A DNA stretch of 64,000 nucleotides from Amoebophrya sp. A120. Taxonomy: Eukaryota > Protista > Dinoflagellata. The translations under genes and the position numbers were made by a program. The stretch is taken from the NCBI GenBank assembly GCA_905178155.1, contig CAJINV010000003.1, positions 8,929,292 through 8,993,291 of the forward strand, given 5' to 3'. Every line of letters starts with the position of its first letter. The stretch's first letter is position 1. Shown in pieces: positions 11,101 to 25,634 of the stretch. The notes under the pieces were generated by a model that had not been told where the DNA came from, did no database searches, and was given only the letters and a program-made list of their open reading frames with translations.

Positions 11101-14100
11101 TCCCCAAAACAGAAGTTGCCGCCGAGGCTCGCGGAGCGTTGTGCTCGTGGTCTCCACGTCAACCGACTGGAGATGCGTAAAGGCTTCAAGCACCCCGATA
11201 CCCTGCTCGAGGACATCCACGTCCAGCACCTCCAGTCTGTTTCCAAACCTCTGCTGCAATAAAGTCAAAACGCGAGCGTCTAGTACACCATTTACTTTAC
11301 CGCCGACCTGCCCGGTGCCACCTGGTGCATGCGCTGCGTCCGTTGAGTTTTCGTTTCCCGCTGTACCTGTAGCAGGATTCGCGTTTTCCTTTATTCCGTC
11401 CATACCTGCGTTCGCCTCGTCACTCTGTGTTGCAGCTGCCGCACCGGCTGCTGTAGTTCTTGTGCTGTAGTTCCGTTCCAGAATCTTGCACAGCCGGGCG
11501 CGCGCCTCCTGATCGCTTTTGCTGTGACGAAGGTACGGCTTCAGGTAGCGTGCGCTTCCTCTGAGCCGCTCGAAAGCAAGGGTGATGCAACGGAAGAACT
11601 CGTAGGGATTGAGTGTGCGCAGTTGAAATTCGCGACGAAGGTCTACCCCTTGCGCATAGGCGCTGAAAATACCACGGTCCAACATCGTCACCAGACGCGT
11701 CGTACTTGCTTCCAGTTGTCGCAGTCGCCCCATCTGCATTTGCTGGATCTTCTCCAAAATCCAGCAAAAAAGTATCACACTCGTATAAATTGCATACAAA
11801 GGCTGATCACAAAGTCGGTGAGAAGTGTGCAAAGAAGTTCAAGTTTGTCGATAAAGTGCTTGCCAAACTGGCGGAGAAGTTTGAGCTCCGGAGCAAAAAT
11901 GAATCTCACAAAGCGGCAATGCTTTGCCGGTACTGCAGACAAATCAAAAAGAGAAATGCGTCTTTGCGTGTAGTCAGTGAAGAATAACGCGTGAAGCCAT
12001 CAAAAGTCCGCGACTTTTGCCTTTGTCCTGAAGATTATCCAAGCTGTTACCAGCCGAAAACTTCAGTGACACTTCACGGAAACTAAAGCGCATGCTCCAA
12101 TACTAGAAGTTCACGCAGGCACTTCTCGCCAACCTCTGTCTGCACACTGCTCAACTTCAAGGACTCCACGACGAACTTGCAAAATAATTGGGTGACGTCC
12201 GCCCACAACTCGATCATCGTGGAGATCCGACGATCTGCGAGCTGCCCGTTTGGAAGTTGCAGTTGGTGAGGAGTTATTTGCTGAGTAGAGGTGCGCACCA
12301 GTCGAGAAGCCGGCAAAATGTCAATCCTTTGTACTAAATAGATACGAATGCAACACTTTTGCACAGGATATCGGAGTCCGTTAAGTGTCGTACGTGCTGC
12401 ACTTCCACCGCCTGCAAGCGCCCCAGAACGTCTTCCATTTCTGCGCGCAGAAAGTCTGCTTCCTTTCGGAGAAACTCGTTCTCGAAGGTCGCCTGGGTTT
12501 CATCATGTGCAGTTCTAGCTCTTGCTTGTTCAGTTCCCGAATCCTGGAAGTCGTGGCTACCTTGCAGTTGCAAGTTGAAATTCTCATATTCTTCAGCCCC
12601 TCGTGGTTGGACCATATCTTGTTGTCGCTCCTGGTCATGTTGCATTAGGACCGGCTTGTTCTTCAGGGCTTGGCGGACCAAGTTTTCGATGTCACTGAAC
12701 AGCTGCACAGAGCGCTGGGCGGTCTCACTCCGCGCTTGGTCCTGTCTGTCTTCACTGCCTTTGGTAGGCAAACTACACTGCGATGAATGTGAAGAAAAAG
12801 CACCAGCGTGGTTCAGGTTCTCTTGTGATGCTGTCCGAGTCACAGACACAGCATCCACTTGCTGTGCAGGAGCTCCACTTAGTTCTATTCCAACATTCTT
12901 CGACGTCCGTGCAGCCATTGAAGTTTCCGCCTTTGTGATAGTCGCAGAGAGAAAAGCTTGGACTTCGGACAATCCACGCAGAAGTTCCGCCGCCTGGTCA
13001 GGCGTGACAACAGAGTCCGTTCGCACTTCGTGACGGGTGGGCGATGAGGACGCATCAGCTGCAGTAAGAGCCTGTACTGCTGCAATCTCGTGGGTCATTT
13101 CCGACTCAGATGCAATTCTATCGATCTTCTCGACTTTTTGATTACTAGTTCCTGTGAAAGGAGCTGCAACCGCCGTTGCTGACGATGAAGGGGCGGCTTC
13201 TATGTCGCCGCCGCTTTCGTTCTGCTCTTCGACACGTCGGAGGAGTGCTGCTATCTGCTGCCAGAAACGCGGACCAACGCGCGGGGCATCTGGCCTCTCT
13301 GTCAGCACCCGCTGTGCGTTTTTCTGTAGATTGCGAAGGTACTCCCGGTCGCGGAGGGAAAGGACGTTTCGTGTGCGCTGCAGCGCGGGAGAAGTCTGTT
13401 GACTCTGGTCATTCATTTTCATCTGAACCAGCGAGTTCGAACCATTTGGAAGATTGATGTTCGCTGGTGCGTCGTTGCGCAGTCGATCTACTTGCCCGTC
13501 GGATTCGTACAAAATCTGTAGTTGCGCGGCGTCGTGTTGAAAGCGTTTGCGTTGATCCCCTTGCGCCTTCGTGACGCCCTTCTCGACGACGTTACCGAGG
13601 CGGCGGGTCAGCACGCGGACCAGACCATTGATCTTCTCGTCGTCAAGGGTCAGCTCCTTCTCGTGTCGCAGCAGCCGCAGGAAGGATGTGAGGAGCTTTG
13701 CGAATTCAGTGTCGACGTCTCCCCGCAAGCCACTCACGTTAACGGCGGGGAAATCCGGCAAAATCACTTTCGCAGCCGCTGAGTCTCTGCCGCTCGTCGT
13801 CCCAGCCGGCGGAAGACTTTGTTTACCTACACTCACAGGTGGCACTACGTCGGATTCTTCCGCATCAGAGAGCATAGACATGTGGAAATTTTGATCATCT
13901 GTGACGAGCACAGGAGACGAATAAGCCACGACCTTGCTTTTTCGCTGCTTCGGATCAACCGAGGGCGGCGCGGGAGGCGAGCTACTACTTCTGTTGCGCA
14001 GTGTGACGACAATCTTGGGAGATTTTGTTTTCGAGACGCTTTGGTCAAGATGATCATCTCGTCCAGCTTTTTCAGAGTTCCGGGCAATAACTGCAGATGA

Positions 14101-17100
14101 TGAGGAGGAGAATGTAGTGGCAATTCTTTCACCTCGTGTCGCAGGACGAGCGAGAGCGGGCGCCGCGGGCTCAAGTGCGGAATGCTCTTGCTGTGGCTGC
14201 TTCTCCACGTCTTGCCCACGTAGCACCTCCGGGTCTCCTTCGTTCGTTCTTCCTCCTGTCGCGGTGACAACAACATCCGGTTTGAGGTGATCCGCGGCGA
14301 TGCCTGCCTGTTCGAGCTTCCACACTGCAACCGAGAGACGCTTCCCCAAGTCTTCGCTCTGCTTCGCAATGGAGATGTGCGAGGCAATGGCATCGCAGTC
14401 CTGTTCATGCCTGCGCTCGAGGTTCTGGAGTTTCAGGAGCAAAAGGTCAGTTTTTCGCTTTTCAGCGTGATAGGAAAGCACAACGCTCTTCAGCGCACCG
14501 CCGTCCACAGCTATGTCTACCGCTTGATTTTCATTTTGTCCTTCTTGTGACTCCTGATCACGCGAGGGAGTGGGTCCTGGACCTGGTTCTTCAGCTTGCT
14601 TTGCCGTTTGTTCTTTTTGCGTCCGAAGCAGCCGCTCCGGGTCGTTCCAGTCTGCATGTGACAAGAGCGCTGTTCCATCTTGCACAACTGCCCTGGTCGT
14701 AGTACTTGCGCTTGTTGTATCTACTTGTCCGCGAGTCTGCACATTCACCGCCGTCGCCAGCATTTCCAGAAGGTGATCATTTTCTCGATCTAGCTGCTCA
14801 TTCTCGCGCTGCAGCTCGATCAATCGGTGTTCCATACCGATGCCAGACTGCCCCGTCCGCGGCGGCGCAATGGTCGCATGATCACCTCCTTCTTCATGAT
14901 CATGATCCAATTCCGCGATAATCTCGTGCTCCTCCGCATCACTAATATCAACCTTCTGCTCCACTCTTTTCGACGAACTGGAACTTCTACCATGAACTTG
15001 CGGCTCCTGTCGCAGCTCCTCGATGAGTGGTTCTCCGGTCGCGGCATCGTGAAACGTCGCGTTTTCGACAAAGGCGCTCGCAACCGAGACGGCCCGCTTT
15101 TTCCTGACATGTTCCACGTGTGTCGGCGAATGCAGCTTGTCATGGCCCGAGTACTGACCCCCGAAGCTTCCTCGCTGGTTGGAGTGCCAGACTGAAACCC
15201 TAGGCAAACCTACCCCGCTTGAATCAATACTTCTCGTGGCAATCGAAACGGGATGTTGGGCTGCTGCAGAAGATGGAGATCCACTCGATCTGCCACTCCC
15301 ACTCGCTGTTGCTTCTACAATTGTACGAGCGGACTGCGGCCTCCCTGATTTGGAAGGTGGGCTACCTGTGCGTGCGAAGATTCGGTTATCTTTGTTCCGG
15401 GGATCCGCCTGTTCTTCTTCTTCCTCACGGAGAACACGGGAACCTGGTGCAACGATCCGCTGAAGCAAAGTATCGTCTGGAACTTCGTTTTCCTTTGTAT
15501 TGTCGTAGAGAAAATATGAGGTGGGCAGCCCGGGGGCGTGGGCGTGGCCGCCGTCGCCACTTGCCGACCGCGGGAGAACTACTTCATCTCGTCTCTTGCC
15601 CTGCTTTGGTCGGGCGGGCCGATCATGCGTTTTCGAAGCATCCACTTTTCCCCCTACTACAGTCGTTGCAATGAACCCCGGCACTCCAACGTGCGGGACG
15701 TACCTCTGGTCGATCTGTTTCGCGCGGCACTGGAGCACTTTCTTTTCTTCGCCGCGGGATGCGGAGTGATAGAGTGGACTATTTGTCTTTTGGAGCGTCA
15801 ACGTGGCACCAAGCAGCGAGTTGTGCACGGTCTTCGTGCCTTCCTCCTGATCATGCGAAAAGGACTGCTCCCGTGCAGCCGGAAGTTGTTCCGAAGATGA
15901 CGAAGAAGAAGAACTAGCTCTGCGGGCAATAGCGTTAGCGCCGTCCTCCACCCCCTCCGCTAACAAGCATGAAGACGCTCCAGTATCTGCAAGGGCTGAG
16001 CCTTCGCCTTTCCGTTTTTCTCCTCCTCCCGCCGTTGTTGGGTTCAGGGTTCCATGCTGGTGCGAGGCGGGCGCGGGGTGGGAATCGGCTACAACACCGC
16101 TGCGACCGCTTTCGTTCTTTCCCTTTCCGGCAGTTCCGTACTCATTTTGTGTATTTTCGACCAGAATTTCAACATCGAGCCCGGGAGTTCCTCGAACGAG
16201 CCATTTGTCCGTCTTCTCGTCGCGCTCTACTACGAAGTCCAGATCCCCGGACCCCGTGACCCCAGCTTGGTAGAGGCGCACGCCGGGCGTTTTCAGCGCA
16301 AGGACCTGGTAATACCGCTCTAGGGCTTTTGACACCATCTCAGCCAATAGCATGTCTCGAGCCGTGTGCAATTGGGCAATTCGCTGGACGGTCGCCGACG
16401 TGTCTTGCATAATATGCTGCACTGGCCCCTGTGTGTCCAACACAACATCTTTGGAAGTAGCGGTGTCCACATTTAGCGGATCATCTTCCGACGCTCGACT
16501 CTGATGAAAATAGGGGTATGTCTTAAGGTGACTGAACTTCATTTGTATCCTGAGTGAAAACGTCCCGCCCATCCCATAGCCGAGATGGCAAATCAATGCG
16601 CTAGAGAACTCTAGAAGCTTTGTGGACGCCGCGTGACAAATTTGGGGGAGACGCACGCGCCAGCGTAGTGAGTCGTGTTTGGCTCTTCAAGTAGGTACGT
16701 CACAAATAGTTGACCACTTTATCCGTATGCGTATCCGGATTCCAGCATGACAATCTCAAGACCACACCACTAAAATAAATATACAAGACCACACCACTAG
16801 AAAATGCCTCTCGTTCTCATGTCGCTCTCGCTGCGCATGAGAAACGGAAAGTAAGATAAAGATTTTACATTAACACCTTAGGCATAGATGCAGTAGCATC
16901 TATCTCTATGGACTTGCAACATGACAAGTACGGAGTGAGCAGCACGTTGTTTTCTCCATGGATAATCTGATCCTCCAGAAGCGACCTCCGGTGAACCAGG
17001 TCGGCTCTGGTATAATCAGCCTGCTTTTTCGTGTGCAGTCTCGAAATATCGTCAGTGATGGCCTGTAGCTCCGTATTGTTTTCCGACATCCATCGCATCA

Positions 17101-18022
17101 CCCAGTCTCGCACTTCTGCATCCTCAATGCGAGCCGCTTTTCTCTCCACCAATTCGCGTACCTCCGGGGCGAACGCTGCTCGCAACAAATCGCCTGTACT
17201 CGGTGAGGAAGCGGTAATGGTATTTTGATTTTCCTGCTCGTCGGCATCTCGTCCCCTCCCTCCGAAAGCACGAAAAGCGGGCTGCGAAGCTGGTCGTGCC
17301 GCGCCTTGCGCACGAACAGCAGATGACCACACACGTGGTTCCGACTCCTCGTGAGCTCGCTGCTGCTGCAACAGGGGACTTAGGGGAAGTATGGAGTCCA
17401 GCTTCTTCTGTATGTTGCGAAAGCTCAAAGTGTGCGGATTGTTTTTGTTGTGCTGCCGCTTCAACTCGCGCGCTGCTTGCAACGGTGTCCAAATGTCATC
17501 TACTTTTTCGCCTTCCTCTCGTCTGGCAAGTAATGGCGCCGGTTGCGTCTGCCCGTGAGTCGTCCTACGAACTTCTTGTGATGCTGAACCCAACTTGGAC
17601 ATCAAAGGATGCACTGCAAAAGAAGACGAGGAAGATGTGGACGCCAGAAACTCGCTTTTCCTCAGTTGCGCGGGCGGCTGGTACCGCTTCTTCAAGCGAT
17701 TCACTCGCACTTGCAGATCGTCCGTGCTGGGGTCCCGAGCAGAAGAAGAGCGCCCTCCTGGTCCTGGAGGTGCTCTACTAAAACTTGATGACGATGAAGA
17801 GGAATAGCGATTTTGAATATGGCGCTGGCGCGCATGTTCTAATGAAGGACGTTTGCCAGCACGATGATCGTGTGCGAATTTATCATGCGAGCTGTGCTGC
17901 AAGGTGTCGAAGTTGGACGGAGCACTGGAAGACGGCAGACCTCCAGATGGAAACTTTACAACTTTTGATGCTACGCCGAGTCGAGAACGTAGTTCCGAAT
18001 TTCGCGATGACGGCGCCTCCAC
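5134..18022 (-). CDS. Very large multi-exon, low-complexity/coiled-coil hypothetical protein (could be more than one gene)
   Basis: Consecutive long minus-strand ORFs of 385, 1440, 1011, 417, 330 and 201 aa separated by short gaps; the 385- and 1440-aa ORFs join in frame across 16546-16964 (LLEDQMKFSHL). No recognisable domain. Confidence 0.7.
16546..16964. mobile_element. TIR introner (family E), TSD ATTTG/ATCTG
   Basis: Left end tatcctgagtgaaaacgt is identical to 46080-46097; right end acgttgttttctccatggata; in-frame join. Confidence 0.8.
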
Positions 18023-20031
18023 TCGAGCCCGCTCTTCCGACTGCAGCTGAAGGAAAAAAATTTTTGACGAATCAAAATTATTGATTCGAGTACATCCACG
18101 TTCTTCGCTATGTGCATGTACAGCTGTACCAGATCAACGTGCATCATGTTTCATGTTCTTGAGGACAAGAACGGGCTTGTATCATACAGATCCAAAAACA
18201 TGCTACAAAAAATAGGTAGAATAGGACGACAAAGTAAAAAGAAGCTAAGGCAGCGGCATATACGTGCTGCGAAGTGTCGGCGTTGCGGCGTCGGAATTCC
18301 TCGAAGCTCTTCAGGAGGCTCTTGGAGGTGCCTCCCTCGCCGGCGTGCGCCGACTGATTAGAAGAACGGCCTACTGGTGCAAACTCATTCGTTCTTCGCG
18401 TTTTACTGAGTCCTGCTAGCACCAAGCGGCCCGGAGATGGAGGGGATGCCAATTGGGCGTCCTGAAATGGCCTTGTTTCGTCTATCGCCATGTTCGTCGA
18501 ACTGGTAGTGCCAGCACTGTAACTCACGTACTAAGTAATATTGCGGTGACTACGGTGTCGCTTCCGAGGACGATGACGACGATATTCTGCTTTATTCGGC
18601 ACCGGGACCGGCAACAATAACAATACAAATACGACCAAGACAAAGCCATAAACTAAGACCACGAACAGTCGCGACCATAACAGCGACCATAGCAACTGCT
18701 TCAGCTGCAGACACTCCTGTTCATATGTCTTCCTTCTATTCGGCGAATCGCGAAAACGACGAGTGATAGACCATGGGCATCTCATCTTTTGCCGTCATCG
18801 ATCTTGTACGATACACGATTCGCCATCCATCGTCGACCTTATACGATTCACGATCACGACGAGTGTGACAACGAGTAAACAATGAAAGGCTTGAATCAGG
18901 AGCGACTACAACGACAAACGACATTTGGAACGGGCTTTCTAGTTAATGTTAAAAGGTTACACTCCACAACTATTTTGCGCATAGTGCTTCTGCTTCGTGG
19001 AATCTCATTGCGCTGAGAATTGTGCGATAGTTCGAGTAGACCCACACTTGCTTTAAAGCCGGAGGGTTGGTGCGAATAGTACTCATCCGTGGCAAGGAAT
19101 ATTCTTGAGTGCACCTAGACAAAGAACAACACGTTTATCACAGCAGGAGACCTTCATCTGCTCTTGATCAACACTGGACTTGACCACGACCTGATTCTGC
19201 GAAGCCTCAACCAAGAATACTGAAAGTACAGAACGAAGCAGTTTAGCCATTTTTATTTATGTAGTTGGTGACATGTACTTAACGAATAAAACAATACTGC
19301 AACTATGCGGTCAGAAACAAGCCAAATGGTCCGCAACAAGTAAGGAGCGTAGGATACAATATTTATTTATCGAGCGGCCATTCAATCAACATTTTCATAC
19401 AGTCAAAAGGAAAAACTAAAACTACACTTAAGTCCGTGCTAGAGCTCTCTCACGATGACGCGGCGGTGTCGCCCGCGCTGAACCGATTGGCACATAGCTG
19501 ACTACTCAGATCATACGACCCAGGGAGACGCAAAGCAAGGTATGACATGATTCATCGACCGTCCATGACTACCGTACAGACTCTTAATGCTGGTAGCTAG
19601 ACAAGAAGACGACGTCAAGCACAGCGAGTTTGAGAAGACTTGAAGATAATGTACTTAAGCATCAGCTAGATAGTGGATGTCATAAAAAATGTGAGTAAAC
19701 TCATAACTCTGTCAAGGCTGGTTGGTCAGCTTCAAAACTGTCGCGCTAAACTCGACACTGCAGCTCGATGGGTTTTCCTGGAAATCTTGTGTGCGTGTGT
19801 AAAGTGGTCGTCTGCTCCTCTACCTCTAGTACCATATCTACACAGTGGCATATCGCCGGGCCAGGAGCACATTAGTAGATGGGTTACGGCGCTCACACAG
19901 GTTCACTACCGCTACCGGCAGCAGCAGCATAGAGGATAGAGCTAGACCTAGAGCATTCTTTCCACAGAAGAGAAATAAAGCGCTAGTAGTAACTTAAACT
20001 TATCGTCGATAATTCTCATTCACTACTTGTG

Positions 20032-23000
20032 TCACGCTCTTCCTCTACCGCCTCGCAGGTGCGGTCTGCGCGGCAAATTCTTGTCGAAAACCATGTTTTT
20101 CTCAAGATTTTGTGGGTCCGGCGCCGCAAATTCCTCGAGAGTTTCTGCGTCAACAACTTCTGCCGTGGTTCTAGCTGGTGCCAACGCCGACCGGGCTGCT
20201 CTACCGCGCGCGGGGGACAAATTAGTGACTGATGTGGATGAAGATGCGGTTTGATGAGCTTCAATCAGGGTGGACGAGGAACCCACCGCGGGCCTAGTAC
20301 TCGCGCTGTTCGCTGAGACCTCGATCTGCTTCGAGGATTCGTCACATCGGGATGTGTCTTCTCTTTTGTTCAGTGAGGGTGAAGAAGCGCTCGCCGCCAC
20401 CCCGACTCCTACTTGCTCACTGAGTTGCGCGAGAGATGGAGGAGGAAACTTTGTAGTTACTTTGCTGTTTCGTGTTGCAATGGGTGACGCTGCGCTAGTT
20501 GAAGTGCTAGAAGACCTTCCCCCGGCCGCGGGCTGCCGATTTACAAGCTGCTGATGAAGATTCTCGTCGGCTTTCACGCGTTCAGACGTTGCATAGAAGT
20601 TTGTGCCGAGCCGATTCAAGGGGTTGGAATCTTTTGCCGGAGAGCGTCGCTGGTCCAGCGCCGCCTTGGACTTGTTGCCAGCAGCAGTTGATGACACTCG
20701 CCTGGGCTCCACGTTAGAGGTAGCTATGACCAACGTCGGCGCTTCGGCAGCCGGGATTCCTTTCGTGTTATTAGTATTACTAGCAACGTCGAGAGAAGCC
20801 TGGAGATCCTTCGCAGCCGCTGCATGAAGATGCCCCAGGCGTGCGCGTGGGGAGGAGCTTCTCCCCGATCTAACCTTCCGTTGGTGGTCGTCGCGAAACC
20901 GCAACCCAATCGCTTCCGAGTTTAGTGCAAGATCATCTGCTTTGAACGCAGTGGGAACTACTCCCCGCTTGCTGGTGTCGATGTCGTGGTCGCCATCTTT
21001 TGTGGTCCCTTCTAGGTCGCATCCGGACGCCGCAGAAATATTGCGTCGCTCCCCAACCCCAACGGCAGACCACTGAGATGATGCAGAGTTTGCCCTTGCG
21101 GCTTCAACATCCCCGCGTCCTCCGCCAGTTTCGAGGACTACGGCAGCTTTATTCACAGTTGTGCCAGAAGATGTCGTGTCGTTATGGGGCACGCCCCGCT
21201 TTGATGAAACGGCTACCGTGCCGCTGTCGCGAATTTTCTTTGAGTGACGCCACGCGGTGGCTGTACTGGGGGTCTCGGCACCTCCTTGGCGGCCCCCGTC
21301 CGGTAAAACGATGTCCAATCCAAGTTGACCTCCTGAGGAAGCAGAAGGAAGGTCGGTCAACGTACTGCTTAAAAGTTTCTTACTGGAGCTTCTGGACGGG
21401 CTCTTGTAAAGGCTCCCCTTCATCATGGCGGTGGACTTGCTGCGGTCACTGTCCCCCGACACCAGATGTCGACCCGTAAAGGTCGCCGCACCGGAAGTGA
21501 AAATGGAACTCGACCCGTTGTCTCGCTTGTTGCGGTCCCGCATTTGCTGCTGCAGAGTCTCTACTCGCGCAAGCAACAGAGCTTGTTCCGTCTCGAGGCT
21601 GACCATGACGCGATCGCGCTCCTCTTCGGCTTGGGCCTTCAGATTCAGAACGTTGTCTCGCTCCTGAGTCAGCTCCTTCACAGCCGTCTGATGCCGCAAA
21701 ACGGCGTCCCGGTGCTTCGCCCGCTCCTCCGCGCATTCCTTTTCCAGCTTCGCACGCTCTTGCTCGTGTTCGCGCATCACCTGCTGCAGCATGTGCTTTA
21801 CAGTATCAATGGTGTTCTGTTGGATGGTCGCCTGCTCCTGGTATGTCGCGGCTTGTTGTGCCCAGGAGGCCTCTTGCTGTCGCAGTGCGTCTTCCGCTCC
21901 TTGCCGAGCCGATTCTAGTGAGGTGACTGTGCGGGCTTGCTCAGCAAGCAGTTCCTCGAGCTGCAGCCGCTTGCGATCTTCCGCGGTGCCGGTGGCGAGG
22001 GTCTGCACTCCCACACTTTTCCACGTTCGCAGCTGCTGCTCCCCCGTTGGAACTTCTTGTGAGCCCCCGCCCAACCCGGTTGTTCCGACAAGAGTGCTGC
22101 CCATCATTTTTATTTCATCTTTCTCGTCGGAAGGAATCGGTTCTAGGCGGCTCTGCTGACGCTGATGTTTCTGCTTTTTGATAAAGAGCATCCGGTCGAT
22201 CGGACTCCAATTGCTTGTGGGGTCGCGGCGATGGTGCGGCAATGCCTTCTGCATGTGCGCAGTCTTAATCTTTTGCTGTTCTACCTTTTGACGCTGCGTC
22301 AACACATGTTCATCTAGTGAAGCTGAGTTGCTGCTGCTGGAGGCGGACGTAAGACCTCCATCAACTGCGGCGACGGTCGTGCTTTCGCTGGCCTCTACGT
22401 CCTCCTCGACGTCGTCAACAGTATCGGCGCCGCCGCTTCCTGAGACAATTGCTGCGGCGCCAGCTGCATGCTCGGCCGATGAAGAAGATTCCACTCCCAA
22501 CCCATCCTTTATAAAGGACGAGTTGTGCAGTGTGCTGGTCATGGTTTCGCTTAGCATCGCGTCCGTAATCTCCTCCATCGTATTCTGAAAGACGCGGTCA
22601 GAATTTTGAATCAGCTTATCAAGTCGACGGATGGTGCGTTTTGACTTTTCGGTAAACTCCTTTGGAAAATTTTTCCGATAGGTGTCAAGGAATTTCTGCT
22701 TCCGGTTAGCACCTCCAGCTCCTGCGGTACTTTGCTCTTCGTGTTGGACGTGGTGCCCATTCTTGTTCCCTTGAATGTAGTGATTAGTGCCACTCGCTGC
22801 ACTGCCGCGACGAGAACCGGTGGCTGCAGATTCTTTATGTAACCCCTGAATCTGTTTGTCGTTCTCCAGCGGAAGCGGCCCGAGTTCTTCTTGGCTCGCG
22901 GAAGAACTATAGGAACCTCCAAGACTCGACCCCACCGCTGCCAAGTCCGGAGTTACTTGATGTTTGCCCGGAATCGATTTCGTCTTCTCGTTCTTACGCA

Positions 23001-24266
23001 CACCGGCAGTCGTGGCCGAAGTTGCATCCTCATCGAGCAGCGACCCGGGGTGCATGTCGTTTGCCATTTCCAGTACCAGGGCCGTGGAGGACGGTGCAAA
23101 GGTGCCTGAGGCCATTTGAAACCCAGCTCCATGTCCTCCTGAAGCGGCAAGGTGTTTATTACGGCACTGCTCGTCGCCTTCAACACGGCATCTACTTTCA
23201 CCCTCCTCCAGCAGTAAATCCTCCGGATCATGCGGCAACGTATCGTTCTTGATGTCGCCATCTTGCCACTGATCACCCTGCGTCGTTCTTGTTCGTTCCG
23301 CCTCAGCTTGGTTGAGCACCAGCGACGCAGTGGTCTCGGCCAGCGGGTCCACTTTTGGCATGTCCACAACGAGATTCGCGAGCCGAACGGGTGGCTTCTG
23401 CTTAGTGGTCTTGTTCCGCGTTGTCAAATGGGAATTGTTACGAAGTCCAGCAGTCGCCAACGAGGACCCAGTGCCTGCAGCACTAGTACTAGACGACAAA
23501 GCGAAGCCGGCGCCACCTGCTCCTGGTCCTGCCATCAACTTTCCTCCGCCGCTGCTGGCCTCGAAAGAAGCAAAACCCCCACCAATCTTCCCGAAAAGGT
23601 GCTGCGGAGGTATGCAGCCATGAGCACTGCCGTCCACTGTGCTGGAATTCGCGTGCAGGTGATTGTAGCTGGGCCCCGAGCTGTGGTACAGCTCCCCAGC
23701 AACAGCCGGAGAGCAACCAGCCGCGGCCAGAGCGGGCTGGATTGGGGAACTAGGTGTCGTGGGCACTATACCTTCTCCGTGAATTCCGGGAAAAATGGGC
23801 GACGTGTTCTCCCCTGCACGGTGCTGTTTATGCAATATCAATAATCTTTTCTATACCTATTCGTGCTCCACCAGAGTGTTTTTTTTTATCATCTTTGGTT
23901 GGCTAGTTATTTTTTTGCGTAGGTATATATATTGATACTCACTTTCACATTCACTGTGAGTGCCAGTGAGTACCAGCCAAGCACAAACGTAATGGCGAAA
24001 ATACTGAACCACAACAAACAGCAAACTACTAAAAACGTTGGTCTATAGTATACGTTGACAATCGACGGCGACCCTCGAGTTACGGAAATCGGCGACTCTG
24101 GAATGTATCGGTGCAGTTCTCCCGCTCGTACCAAGGGCGTGCTTCGGTCGCGTGTCGGCGATTCGACTTCATGCAAGGTCTCCAGCTGCTGGCGCCATGT
24201 CACGAGCCCCTTCTTTTTGTTGTTGTTCATCATGGGGACTTGTGGCTGGTGCTGTTCGATCAACAT
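20032..24266 (-). CDS. Two-exon membrane-anchored coiled-coil hypothetical protein (~1370 aa)
   Basis: Exon 1 has a hydrophobic segment (FLVVCCLLWFSIFAITFVLGWYSLAL); exon 2 is the 1269-aa ORF with a central coiled coil; in-frame join across 23836-23937. Confidence 0.75.
23836..23937. mobile_element. Aged TIR introner with decayed TSD
   Basis: Perfect 8-bp IR tatcaata/tattgata; on the gene strand the flanking pentamers are GTGAG and TTGCA; removal of element plus 5 nt restores frame. Confidence 0.7.
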
Positions 24267-25634
24267 TTTCTTCCTCTTACGAAAAAAACCCTTGAAAACC
24301 GAAAAGAAGGTGAAAGAGCAGCTGTATGCTCTTCGAAAGCAGCATATTAATTGCAAAAGAAAAAAATTATCGGCAAGAAGAATTCCGACGTACCTAATTG
24401 TTCGCAAGAACAAAGACAATCTAAAAGTTAAGATCTAGTAATACTTGTAAATTTTGATTTTTCTAAAATCAATGAAGCAATACCAGATCGGTCAGTGATT
24501 TAGATACACACGACGAGAGGAAAAGATTTTCATTCCCATACGAACCGACTTCGGAATACACGAAGATAATAGTGCAATCCGACTACGAGATACGAGTTGT
24601 CATAGGGGCAGTGCAACACAATAAACAAAACCGATTGCGATTCCCGATCCTAGTTCAATTGTTCATCCACACAACATGTCAGCCAAGTCGCATACGCATC
24701 ACCACCCTGTTTAGCATACGAGACTGTCTTCAAGCTCAATGTCTTTCGATTTCTTCTGAAACCATGAGTAGAAGCATTAAGACGTAGAATGGACCAATCC
24801 AAAAGGCGACAGGAAGCAACGAAAGGTGGATGGATGCGAATCTATTACTATTTCATCATGGACGAACCATACTCGACAAAACTGATCCAGGTGTTGCTCA
24901 AACGCGGTTATGTATCTACTACGTACTTCTAGCATCTCCTATTTTCCGACGCACGACAATTTTGTGGATCACTGCGCTATCCACGTCTATCATTCTGCGC
25001 TTATTTGTTATGGTGCCCAGCCATGGGCCGAGCTCCTACTTCTTCCTACCCTGGAGGAGGCATGTAGGTGAAACTGAAAGTCAAAGCTCAAGCTCTCATA
25101 TCATATATCCTACGAATCGGAATCACCGCGCCGAACGTAATGCAGAGCGACTGCGACGTCGGCGTGTTTTCTTTTTGCAGCTTGCTTGTTGACCTCTGCA
25201 CCTGCTGAAAACAGACACTGAGTGAAGAGAAGAGGTTCTTAGATGCACCAATGGAAAGCTGCAGCTCTGTTCTGAGACAAACACTTGATCACCAGGCTTA
25301 GTAGAGCCAGCCAGATTTCCTGCAGCTGGAAACGAATATTTAGGCGAGATATTTTCCAAACACCGCGAGGCACTAGCAACACCATCAAGCATGTGCAGCA
25401 TCTGACAGTGCCAGTGGCCATGGCACTGGCGAGGACTGGTCATTTCTTATGAAAAGATCTGCCTGTTCTCTTGTTCTCTATTTTCATCGCTCGTCCTAGG
25501 CGCTGAAAATATTACAATCGGAAAAAATATACCAGAAGTCGCCTCGAAGGCAAATTCCTAGAACGTCATTCTGATTCTTGTGCTTGTTCGTGCAGCTATA
25601 GGAGCTTGGAGGCAAGAACAATAAAGAGCCGATT